64,000 nt of DNA from Paraspadella gotoi (taxonomy: Eukaryota; Animalia; Chaetognatha), in contig CM119269.1 in NCBI GenBank assembly GCA_051294375.1, forward strand, positions 19,332,460 to 19,396,459, read 5' to 3'. The notes below the pieces were generated by a model. The model ran no database searches, had not been told where the DNA came from, and worked only from the letters and a program-made list of their open reading frames with translations. The position numbers and the translations under genes are program-made. This document shows positions 51,994 to 63,741 of the stretch, piece by piece. Numbering within the stretch: the first letter of the stretch is position 1; each line of letters begins with the position of its first letter.

Positions 51994-54900
51994 GGGCCGC
52001 CGGCAAAGCAACAAAAGCTTTTAATAAAATTGGCAAAAAAATTGGCAAGTTTGGTAAAGCCCTCGTCGAAGGTCAGGGTGATGGCCAAGCAGGTGGCCAA
52101 GAAATAGCCAAACCGAATTTTAACGTCGACGACAAAATAATGAAAACACCTGGAGATCTGATTGGAAAGGACGAGGCGAGAGAAGCCCTGGCAGTCTCAA
52201 GGCCACGGGGACTAGAAAGGTCACTTTCAAAGGCTTCAGGGTTTCGAGGGCATCAAAGAATTCGAACCCTCCGGCTGGAAAGTCGAGGTGCAGAAGCAGG
52301 GAGGGACCCCGGCCAAAGTGTCGGAGGGGAAAAGCAGAGCGCCTCTCTCTACCAATGGGCGTCGGCATGGCGTTGATGAACGGCTGTTTTGGCAACAACT
52401 ACAAAAAGGGAGATCCGTGCTACGACTTTGCCAGAATCTCCCTCTGTGTGTCACGATCAGATCGACGCCGCCAATTTCCTCGGGGTTGGGTTCGACGGTC
52501 GGGGCTTTTACTCGGCGGAGAGTCGCAAAAAAAGCGTGATACAGAGGACCTGCGCAGGCAAAGCTAAGTTCATGGACAAGGATGTCCCAGATTGCATGAA
52601 CGCCTTTGGTATTTACGATTACTCGTACATACGGAAACCTTTAAAAATTCGGCAAATTATATAAGATACTTGCAAGAAAAGGCTGCAACCTCTGAACAAC
52701 AAGCGATGTTTCAGATGGAAGCAAAGGCGGTGAGCAATGGACAAAATTTTGGCGTGAATTTGGGCTTAATCGGAAGCTTGATCGGTCAAGCGAAGGGCGG
52801 GCCGGCGGGAGCGCAAGTGGGAGAACAAATCGGAAGCTCCATCGGGTTTGGTACCGGCTCCGGAGCCGGATCGGCCAGCGCCAAGAGCAAAGGATCGCGG
52901 GAATCCAATATAAAACCTCTCAATCTAGTTCGAGCGGAGCTGGTTCGGCCCGTCAAATGATCGCCATTCTGGAGGCAGATTTGAAACTCTACGAGCTGGT
53001 GCTCGACGAACTCAAGCCCAATGATCTGAACATAAACTTGTTGTCAGAAATCCTACAACTCCCGACTTCGTATTTTAACAACAACGCCGACGTCAAGTTT
53101 CAAAACTTCATCTTGAGGTGGGGAACTCATTTCGTCAAGGCGGCCAAATTTGGCGGCGAAATGAGAATCATGAAGACTTCGAGGAAAGAATCGACCCTTT
53201 CATCGGACGAGTTCGCCGCCGCCGCTCAGTCAGAATTCGCGGGAATGATGGGCGTCCTGAGAAGCAGGTTTCAACAGAGAGAGACGAGGTGGGGCTTCCT
53301 CGGCCTCGGAGGTAAGCACGTCAGTAGAAACCAACAGGCTTCGGCCGCAAGGGAAGAAACGGCGCGGGCCAAAATAAATCAGAAGATGGGAGGTACGCAA
53401 AGTGGGTCTCAATCCGAATTCATCAAGACCACTATAAACGTGAGAGGCGGTAATCCAGAAATTGCCGCCGCCATCACCGAGTTTTATACTCCGCAGTTTA
53501 GAGAGTTGTTCACTCAGTGGCTTGATAGCATCGACGACTACGTTAGACCGTTCGAATTTACTCTCGGAAAATTGAGCAGCATTCTCGATATGAATATAGA
53601 GAGTTTATTCGGTGACGATAAATCCAAATCTGGATGTTTCCAACCTGCTGGTTCATTGAAAAACGATCCCGTAAAGGGTTTAACATATTTCGAAAGTGTA
53701 ATAACAGTTGTCGACAAAGATAAGAACAAAATTCCTATTAAAAGAAGAAATTACTGCAAATATGGTAGTTCCAAGCAGAAGTTCATGGACAGATTATTAC
53801 AGGCTAAACTAGCCTTAGAGAGAGCCGAGACCTTTTACATGGCCGAAGGACCGTTTTCAACCAGCAATTTCGACATGAATGGAGGTAGAAGTGGTTGTGA
53901 ATCTGACATTATTGATTATGTTCAAGACGGTGTATCTCAAACTAAAACCTGGCCAAAATTAATATCAATCAAACACACTGAATTCAAAGTCGTGTTCAAC
54001 ATGAGATATGATTTGAAAGGGGTTCCAAAAGATGCCGAGTACTACGTAAAGTTCTTCAACCATAGATGGTTCACCAAATATCCGAGAACCAAGTACCTCA
54101 AAGAGTTCAGTTGCGCCAACAGCGGGGAAGAGAATGAAATTTGCGTCGCAAATTTGCCTTTGATCTACGACGAGACAACCGGTTATTTGACGATAAACGA
54201 GAAGAAATTCAAGAGAGTGGCTTGGTGGTTGAAAGGTCCAGTGGCATCCATCGTGTCTGTGAATCAGATAAAGGAATTGGAAGCGAACATCGGATCGATC
54301 GGTTTCGTTCCCTGCAAACTCAAATGGACGAACAGCCATAAAATACAGATCGGACGAAAGGAATCCTGTATATACTTTCAGGGCGCGTCTATGGGTAATA
54401 TTTACCTAGTATCCGCGGGTGTTCCGCAGGATTACAGGACCTGGAATTACATTCGCATTTCGCCCTCGGGAGTGTCGTTCTTCAGCGCCATGAGAACGAT
54501 GCAGGTGTCCGAGTCTCCACTGAGCGCGACTCTCGGCGAAGAAACTCTCTTCACGGTATTTTTCGTCTGCTTCTCAAAACCGAATGGAAGATTGAGAATT
54601 GATTACGGGAAAGCCCCGGAAGATAAGGAGGTGGGCATCGTGCTGTCTTCTTTCATATTTCCCAAGCCCATGAAATTCGATTCGATCTACTTCACTTTCG
54701 GAGCCGGGGAAAAGAAGATCAGCGTGAGCGACGTTCGTGTGGTGAACGAAAAACCGAAAATCGAGTGCGGCGAAGGTTTGATTTTGATCAACGGGCGATG
54801 CGAGTTAAAATGTCACGAAGAATGCATCGGTTGTAAGAAAGCTAACGATCGCGGTCGTTGCATAAAGTGCAAAAATCAAAAAATATATTCAAAGGATGGA

Positions 54901-56572
54901 ATGCTTTGCTTGAAAGAATGCGACGCTTCTATGAAGAAGGATGGCAAAAAATGCATTTGTAAACCTTTTACCGCCTTTGACGGAAAAAAATGTGAAGGTA
55001 AATCATCTTGTCAATATTTACTACTCTTCGCTTTAATGTAAAGCGCTGTTAAGAATCTTCATTCAACCTTTTTTGCCCCTTTTTTTTTCGTCCATTCAGC
55101 TCTAAAAAACCTCGCCTTATCAGCAAAAATCAGATCTAACTTTATAAATGGGAGATCTAATACAAAATTTCCACAAGAAATTTTTCAGCGTCTGACAGAC
55201 GGAAACTTGGACACCTGCGTAAATATACTCATCTCCCAGAAATCCACTCTAGAAATTCCTCTTTCAAAACAAGTTGCAGGTAATGGGGGTCTAAAATAGA
55301 AATTTTGAATGAAATTAATCGTAAATTAATTATTGATGAGCAAGAAACGAGTAACTCTCTCAATAACTTAGCTTACTCAACTCTTAATAACTGATTAATA
55401 ACTAATAACGAATTAAATTGACCCGTTGTAGAAAGGTTATACTGAGAACCCTGGCGACTTATCAAAATAGACCGAGAGGAGAGAGGGTCGCCATTAGAGG
55501 GGGGGTATTAAGGTCAAGTCAAATATAAAAATTAAAATGAAGAAGTAAAAACAAAAAGAGACAAAGGAAAAAAGGAGAAAGAGAAAAAGAAAGATAGAGA
55601 GAAACTGGGAAACTTCGACCGAGTTCATAGGTTTTTATTTAAAATAATCTTAATATCCATTTATTTTTATTAATTTATGTTATTATAATCCAGTTTATAC
55701 TTAGATTCTATACAAATATTATATGTTTTTAATATACCAAGATATATTGGGCAGATCAGAAAATCTTAAAAACCTTATTTTTTTACTTATATGTAATAAA
55801 CTTTTTAATATCGATTAATTAAAAAATTGTTGATGTATGTTTTAATTGCTATTTAACAACTCTTCTGAAAATAAAAAACTAAATAACATTAAAAATTTAA
55901 TTATAAATAGCTGTTAAAAAGTCCTAAAATGTAACATGTAACTAAGCTTCGATTCATCAACTTGGCGGTGGAGCACCCTACACCACCCCAACCGCACGGT
56001 GATTCCCCTGTCCCCACTCAACGGGTCAGGCGGAGGCCTCTCAGCAGGCAATGGACGTCCGATGCCTCTCCTGAGCCTACAGTAACTTGGTGCGACCCTT
56101 CTCGCACTGAGCGTCGACCAAAACGGCGGCTGCAGGAGGAAGTAGAGGAGTCTGTATCACCTGCACCCAAGCAGGCAAGAACAGGCAATCGCCCACCTCA
56201 CCGGCAGGTGAGAGGAGGGCAGTCGGCAGGCCTATCAGGCCAAAGAGATATTCGAGTGGCACACGGCATCTTCCCAAGTGGATCACTACCCGATCTCAGG
56301 GTGTCCAACTCTACAAAAATATCTTCTCAGCCAGTGACCCAATCACATCGTCAACGTCCCCTATTTGCCCGGCCGGGGGGGGCCTGCTCAATTTGAGTTT
56401 CTTTCTTAACTTAAATTTTCTCTAAATCTCTACTTATCCCTCACCACTTATTCTTCAATTTTCACCTTCACTTATACTTCATTAGTTAAATTAATTATTT
56501 ATTATTTCGTTGTTACTATTATTCATTTAGTTTACTGATTCATTTATCTTTGTTGTACATTTCAAAGTGTAA

Positions 56573-56612
<40 letters not shown>

Positions 56613-59600
56613 ATTTTCACCATTTCAAAAAATCAACTTATTTCCCATTTTTCCTGTCCTTACCTTCACCTGTCCTGAAATCTGGCCACTGTCCTTTCTC
56701 AATTCTTTGTTGGAAACTCTCTCTCTCACTCTCTCTGTCTCTCTCTGTCTCTCTCTCACTCTCTCTTTCCTCAACTTTATGATTGTGAAATTACAACTGT
56801 CAAATGCTGATGAAAACTCGAAAAAACAAGAGTCGAAACATGTCCAATAATCTGTAATAAAAAATCGTTGTAAAAATACTAAAAACTTTCGTTTTTTGAA
56901 TCTGCTTATCTTATTGAACAACAAAAAGAGAAAAAATTATACAATAACTATTTTCTCATATTTGAGCCCTAGGCAATCTTCATTTTTTTACTTGACCTTC
57001 ATGCCCCCCCTCTTGTCGCCATGCCTCTCTAGTGCGCTATTACGTCGCTGATGGAAGGAATAGTCGTATCTAACGTGTAGTGATATTACATCACTACATT
57101 AAATTTATTAAAAATAACAGTTTTTAACTTGCCATAATTGAGTTTTAATTACTAATACATTCATACTTTTTTTATTTAACCAATTATTTTACTTTCACTA
57201 TTGTGACAGTGAGATGGATTATCCTCAAGTCCTACAAAATGTCCGCGGTTGCCACTACGATTCTTAATGGGAACAAAAAAATAGGGTGCGGCAGAGCTGT
57301 CGGTCTAAATATAAACGTAAAAAAAACTTTGACAGAAATTTTATTATATAATCCGAATTTAGGAGAAAAAAAAACAATTTATTTGTTTTTATCAACGAAT
57401 TGTTTTATTGTTAATACATGTTTCGACTCTTGAGTTTTAGAGTCTTCAAGACTTCAAGACTTTTAGAGTCTTCAATGAAGACTAAAACTCAAGAGTCGAA
57501 ACATGTATTAACAATAAAACAATTCGTTGATAAAAACAAATAAATTGTTTTTTTCTCCTAAATTTCAAAACGCAACGAAATTGATAGTTTATACACAATA
57601 ATCCGAATTATAAAAAAAATTATTTTTAAAAAGTAAAAAATTTAAATTCATTGATATTGATTCAAAAAAGATGCAAAATTTTATGAAGTTAACCTAGTCG
57701 GAATGTAAAAAAATATCTAAGAAAAAAAATCTATACACCGTCGTTGAATGTTATTATAAACAAAGAAATAAGATCAAGTTTCATTAAAGGGGTACTTAAA
57801 GGGGTACTAAAATGTGTAACTTAAGAAAAAAGAAACGAAGAGATTCCCACAGTTCTGCCGCGACCTTACCGTCTTTACTGCAGCGCCTGCGAGAGCGTCC
57901 AAGATCCCTTTTATGAGGAAGTTGGTCGCCGGGAAGCACTAATGAAGCGTCAGGTGAAGCTGGGTTGCATCGGGGTCTCCAACGGCGCCCACCAATCAGG
58001 GCTGCAAGCTAGTCTTTCATAATTCAGAAATATCAAACATTTTTAAAAGTTCTTCTAGGTTCTTTCAAAGTTTCTTATGCCAAATTTAGTGGAGAAAACG
58101 AAAATCACCACAAAAAATTATCTCAGTTGCTCCTTATGGATTTTTGAAACTTTTGGAAAGGATTGAGAATTTTAACAAAAAAACATATATTTGGCCAGCA
58201 TTTTAATATTTTAAAATCAAAATAAATATAATTATAACTTTATTACCTATTTATTTTGTTTTTGTTTATAAATGAAATCAAAAATCTTTAAAGTATAGTG
58301 ATCTCGCCAGACGTTACTATCAAAAAAAATTAATTAAAAAGTATTATCTAATTTGCATATTACAGTAAATCATAATAAAGTGGAAATTCAAATAAAAAAT
58401 ACTTAAATGGATACATATTTTAACTGCCTCACTGCCTCACTAATGGAACTTGATAACGAGATTCATTGTTTAGTAGTTAAACCATAAACCTGCAAAAAAA
58501 AGATAGAAATTATTTATTATTATTATAATGGCTACTTAAAAGAAGTGGTGAGCAAGAATAGGAGTGGTTCAACCTGGACTATGATGCGATTATAGTTATT
58601 AACTGGTATGATGATAGTCATTTACTGATATAAAGATAGTCATTTATTGATATATTGATAAGCATTCATTGACGTGATGATAATTATTCATTGACGCGAT
58701 AGTAATTATTCACTGATGTGATAATAATCATTCACTGATGTGATGATAACCAAAAATTGATGCAATGATAACCAAATTATTAACGCGATGATAACTTTAG
58801 TCCAACTGCTGTAGAGCTGAACTCGTTTTTTTAGATGAATCAGAAGAGGCAGCGCCTAATAAAAAAAAAGAAAATTATATATATAATTTAAAGAAAGATA
58901 AAAAATGTTATAAATGCTTACAATTGTAAAAGTTTTAAAAGTATATATTTTTATTTATATTAAAATTTAGATATAGCTTCTTATCAAAAAGGTTTTGTAA
59001 AATCACATGTTTTATATTGATTCAAGTATTTTTTATAAAAAAAAAATTTTAATATGTTTTATTGTAATATATAAATTAGATTATAATATTCTATTTACTA
59101 ATTTTTATATTTATAGAAAGTAATTTGCATAATATAATAAATCATAATAAGAAAAAAATTCAAACAAAAAATACTTAAATCCATATGAAACATAATAATT
59201 GCAAAAATCTTAAATATGAGAAGCTATATCTAAACTTTTACTATGATCATATATTTTTATAAAAATCTATTGTAATTTGTAGTAGTTTTTATTTAAAAAA
59301 AAATTGTAAGCCCCAGACAAAACTAAATAATAAAAAAGCATGACACCAATGCAGATGACGATAATGACGACGACATCACGAAGAAGCTGAGCCGAAACAA
59401 AATCTAGCCAAGATGGGCTTAAGCCCGTCTGGTGAGATAGAAATTATAATTTTAAAAGGCTTTATTAATTTATATTGATTTCCATTGATTGTTATTGTCT
59501 GTACTAAAATCTATATGCTTGGATTATTTTATAAAGCTACTGATATAAATGACGAACCAAGCAGGTTGTTTAGGAACTCTTTTACAGCTTTAACCAAGCA

Positions 59601-61173
59601 TACGAACACAAACAAGCTTGCAGCGCCGCCCAGAAGCCGGCGCTGACGAACGTGGTGAAATAAACTATATTTGGGCTAACAAGATTAATCACCACATATC
59701 CTTGTTTGTTCACTCAAATAAAATTTGTTCCCCAGTGCTCCACTCTACTAAATATTTATCAGCTTAAAAACGTTTCTTTTCTAAAACAGCCAGCTTCAAG
59801 TGGTGGAAAATAAAATTCATAAATAATAAACTAAGTGTTACGTAATAATGATCAATATATTACGAGGAAATTCCAGCTTCTCTACCTTTTCCCCAACTGT
59901 TCTTTTGTTCCCTTACTAACGCAAGGATATTCGGTTTCTCTGGCGATCACAGCGACACCTGTAGTTTCGATTATGTATTAAAGTATATACTTAAGTACAA
60001 GTTTCCGAGGCAGTGCGTGGCGGCTTCTGATTGGTTCCCGCCCTTTCGATAGATCTCAGTCCTGATTTCTATCGACGTGTGGCCTTTCAGACTTCACTTA
60101 GTCTCACACTGCGTTTTGCTACTTTTTAATAAGTTTTCTACAATTCGCATATAGATATTCTCGGAAACACGTTTTTTAATAATAAGTTTTTGTGATCGCT
60201 GGATTGGTGGACTTTCTTTGTGATAGAGGCAACATTTTACAATTCTGGCTTCAGAAACAAGTAAGAGAATCTCTTTAAAATTTATATATATATTTACTGA
60301 GTGTGTATTAAATGTTTTGTTCCCTTTGTCCAGGATTTCTAACTTTAGCTTCAAGGCTCTTTAGCTTCAGAGAAGATCCTGGATTTCGCATCGACTTGAT
60401 CGTCCGCCTTGCGTCGACGATCATCTTTGCCGAGACTTTGTCGTCAGCCATCTTGAGCTAGTGGACCGGTGCCATCGTCTCTTCTGCGCCATCTTCCTCG
60501 AATTCCTCTACTTTTGATAGCGCAGAATTAGTTCAGGAAAGTTAGCGAATCAACGATAGCCACCTCTACGACTTCAGTTCGTTTACACTAAGAATATTTT
60601 GGTACATGGTGATATGGTGATAATCGTTTTTTTCACTAAAAATGGAATAAGATACTTTGCAAGAATCAACCACTTTTTAAATATGAGATAATTTTAGGAG
60701 CCGATGGCGCAGTCGACAGATTCCCGAGTCTTATTGTATGGATCTGAGAGCCAACAGAGGCGCACAATATGAACTTGAGAGACGCTGACCAAAGTGACCA
60801 TGTATACTGACTCATATCATTTATTAGTTACAACGTTTTTTATTGTTTAAAAACAACGGTAAAATTGAAACAAAAACAAAACATGTCCGTTATTTTTGTT
60901 TCAATTTTATCGTTGTTTTTAAACAATAAAACTAAAACTTACCAACAACAACGAATCGAAAGAAATTACATTATACCATTTATTAAAGAAAAACTAAAGG
61001 AAAACAATAAATGATAATTAAGTGACAACTTCTTCCAGAAGAATCCTGAAAAGATTGCGTTGAGCTGCCCTGGAAAGGGACTCGTCGGCGACACGGTCAA
61101 GTTGGAGTTTGATTCCACCAGGAGGTTCGGGTTTATTCTTTGCGAGATCGAGGTCTACTCGTCCTCCTCCTGA
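51994..61173 (+). CDS. MACPF (perforin-like) protein, right copy, without its own signal exon
   Basis: Exon of about 3 kb at 51994-54997 (several indels in its 5' third): LGVGFDGRG, FILRWGTHFVKAAKFGGE (MACPF YGTHF-x-GG signature), VRGG, QWLDSI. Then a FAMeT-like beta domain and furin-like CHEECIGC...CIKC. Further exons: 55100-55279 (NLAL..LTDGNLDTC), 57210-about 57316, uncertain exons at 57850-60800, and last exon 61039-61173 (SCPGKGLVGDTVKL..ILCEIEVY, discoidin/F-type lectin end). Confidence 0.85.
55960..56950 (+). mobile_element. Probable 3' end/pLTR of a Penelope-like or retrozyme-like element (mirror about 45240-46230; diverged copy about 51620-51900)
   Basis: GC-rich ORF-like segment ending in a G run, then TC-rich sequence and a minimal hammerhead. 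Same layout as the pLTR at 32172-32394. Confidence 0.5.
56803..56848 (+). ncRNA. Minimal type I hammerhead ribozyme motif (mirror 45340-45385, minus)
   Basis: CTGATGA-aaACTC-gaaaaaacaa-GAGTc-GAAA-CATG-TC: both core boxes, stem II, palindromic ACATGT stem III and a GUC cleavage triplet. Stem I is weak. Confidence 0.65.
57356..57564. repeat. Near-perfect palindrome of about 210 bp made of two hammerhead-like pLTR ends (mirror 44629-44836)
   Basis: aatttaggagaaaa...acatgtttcgactcttgagtttta / taaaactcaagagtcgaaacatgt...ttttctcctaaatt. Confidence 0.85.
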
Positions 61174-61894
61174 CGAATATAGAAGTGAAGAAAAAAAAGG
61201 GCATTGTAGACGGGGCCGGTCGATGTGATTATTGTGACTGCTTATTATTGATTATGTGATTATTTGTAAGAAAAGTCGGAACCCTGGGGGGGTGGGTTGC
61301 TGCGTGCGGAGTTGTACATTTTTATAACGTCTTTAGCTTCAGCTCGATTCAGATCGTAAACAAAATGCAAAATTTCGTTGTCGACAAAAACATTTTTCAT
61401 AAAAAAATATTGAGAAATTTTACTAAAAGTATATTGTACCTATCTATTATGTACAATGTTTGAGATTTTGCTTTTAATGGCCTCTTGTTATTAAAAAAAA
61501 AAAAAATTGTTTTTTTGTGGCTGAATTTTAAAGAAAAATATATATTGTTTTCATGTACTTAATTGAAAAGTGACAATTTTCAGTGTTTGAAAGACGTCAT
61601 GATTTCACAAATTTTATAAATATTGCTGTAATGTACTGTATAACAAATTGTTTTATAATAATCATGCGGATAAATTTGAATCTCGCTGTCACTGTGATGA
61701 TGAAAACACACAATTAAATAGAATTGAGAAATTATTTTGAATGAACATTGAACTCGATGTCTACATCACTAATCTCCTCATCATTAATGATCAAGAGTCA
61801 TAAATCGATCAATCAATCAACAATAAATCAATTAAACAAACAATCAATCAATCAAACATTCATTTAGCCTATCAATTGAATCATTCTTTCAATA

Positions 61895-62951
61895 TCATAT
61901 CTTCCCCCTCGCTGCTTCGACGACTAAGACGATGACGACGACGACGACCACGAGAACGATTGCGTGCAGCGCCATCCGTCGGGCGAGGCGCCCTTTTCGT
62001 CCCGCCAAGAGGAATTGCCCGGCGTCGTTGAGGCGTCGCGATTCCATGGAAGTGAGAAGAGCCATGGTGCCGAGGCAGAGGAAGTTGAAGAGGATGCATG
62101 AGAGGAGAGAGAGCCAGAGATAGTCTATCGGAAATGAAGAAATTATATTTCAAAAAAGGTTTAATAAATACCAGAATGTAAAACAGTATAAAGCAAAGTG
62201 GTGGTATTTGAAAAGTGATACTAATGAGCGGTGTTCGACTTAAACCCGCCTAACCACTGCCCGCTCTTAGTCTCGTCTCAGCCTCGGCGGGTTCGATCAC
62301 TGATTAAGCTCCGTTCTAGCTAGATGAGAAGGGACCTCTTTAAACAGGCCAGTGACTGGAGTCGGTCAGTGACGCCAGTTTGTGAGATAGCCTAGGCCCC
62401 GCTTATGATAGTGAGTCCCCCCCCGTTGCCATATTAGCATATCTAGCATTAGAAAGTCTAAAATCCAATCGATCAATAATGGGAAGCAAAGTCTAGAAAG
62501 TATCTCCCTCGGGCTTCACTTGCCTGGAGGTCGCGCCGATTTCGGGTCGTAACCCGCGGGGAGGTCGTGTTTCTTTACCGTCACTTTTTCGTTGCTTCGA
62601 TCGTAGGAAACTTCGTTGGAGAAAATCGTGTAGACGACTGAGAAATTAAATATGAAAACATTATATTTGATTAAATCCATTGATAATCATAAATTAACAA
62701 TACTAAATAAAAGATTAGCACGGACGATATATCCCAATAAGATAAGTGAAGAATCGAGAAAGATTAAGAAAGTAAAGAATAGAATAAGGATTAAAGTCGT
62801 GAAAAATTTGAAGAAAAATACCTCCGGCATTTCAATAATCGTGAGCTCGAATAATTCATACTCGTACTCACGACAAAATAATGTCTCTTATAACCAAGAG
62901 ACGCAAAATGGTTCAATTGCACTTACCTTCTGAGTCCTTGCCAATCGCCAT
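61895..62951 (-). CDS. CD225/dispanin (IFITM/PRRT-like) membrane protein, about 122 aa
   Basis: Exons 62951-62927 (start uncertain), 62637-62524 (GC donor ag|gcaagt) and 62124-61895 join as ...ARPP|DYLWLSLLSCILFNFLCLGTMALLTSMESRRLNDAGQFLLAGRKGRLARRMALHAIVLVVVVVVIVLVVEAARGKI*. This fits the CD225 pattern PDY-xxxS...CLG-x-A-xxxS...G...A..A followed by a TM. Confidence 0.85.
62225..62478 (+). mobile_element. SINE-like insertion in the CD225 gene intron (tentative)
   Basis: GC-rich island with B-box-like gggttcgatc at about 62290 and an (aatc)-like tail. Confidence 0.35.
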
Positions 62952-63364
62952 CGTCGAACATTTGGGAATATCGCTAGGCGCGATGCAGCTTGCGCCGGCG
63001 GAGGTAAAACCCGCCGCGCAAAAAAAGCCGGAGCACGCAAAGACTGAAAAGGTAGAGAAGTTTAGCTGGCGAGTAAGTTTTTCGCGATGCTCGCTCGCTG
63101 TTGAATATGCACTCCGCTGCCAGGTAAGTGTTTCGGCACCGAGACAAACCTTATAGCTGCCGACTGAAGATGGAATAGAAAAGCGAAGAATTTAGGAAAG
63201 TTAAATAAATAAACATAATCCTTTTCATAAGAAAGTTATTGGTAAAAGATGAATAAAAAAGAAATTAAATATAGCCGTGTTAATTTTTAAAAGCGACACT
63301 GTTAAAATAAAACTGGTTTTTAAAAGAGGGGATTGGTTTCGAATTTTCTAGCCAGATTGCATGA

Positions 63365-63504
<140 letters not shown>

Positions 63505-63699
63505 GCTGCAAAACCGATTCTGGATATTATCATTAGGAGCTGAAATTGGAATGAGTAAGTTATTAAGTCAAAAAGTAAAGATAACTGAGACGGAGAAAAA
63601 AGACTTCAGAGAGAGGGATCGTTGAAAAGAAATAGAAAGAACAATTGAGACAAAGAAAGAGAGAGAAATAGAGTGGAAGAGAGAGAAAGAGAGAGAGAG

Positions 63700-63741
<42 letters not shown>

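Larger units (their letters stand above)
41595..60600. repeat. Large inverted repeat: arms about 41595-50280 and 51898-60600, spacer 50281-51897
   Basis: The arms are reverse complements over exons, introns and TE fragments (for example atgcatcagg at 50271 / cctgatgcat at 51898, and mirrored ORFs in the track). Differences seen are mostly 1-nt indels. Confidence 0.97.

Noticed and set aside
55962-56396. 144-aa ORF as an independent gene
   Set aside because: Low complexity, non-ATG start, and a diverged copy at 51700-51900; better explained as a repeat fragment.
61881-62153. Track ORFs of 90 aa (minus) and 63 aa (plus)
   Set aside because: Wrong frames; another minus-strand frame gives the CD225 domain with proper splice sites.
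62704-62887. Possible extra hydrophobic exon of the CD225 gene
   Set aside because: Donor sites are weak and T-rich intron sequence mimics hydrophobic codons. The 3-exon model is already in phase, so this is unresolved without RNA data.
63105-63132. Minus-strand acttacctggcagcggag resembles the 5' end of U1 snRNA
   Set aside because: Similarity stops after about 18 nt, with no U1 stem-loops or Sm site. It is the complement of a plus-strand donor-like ccag|gtaagt.
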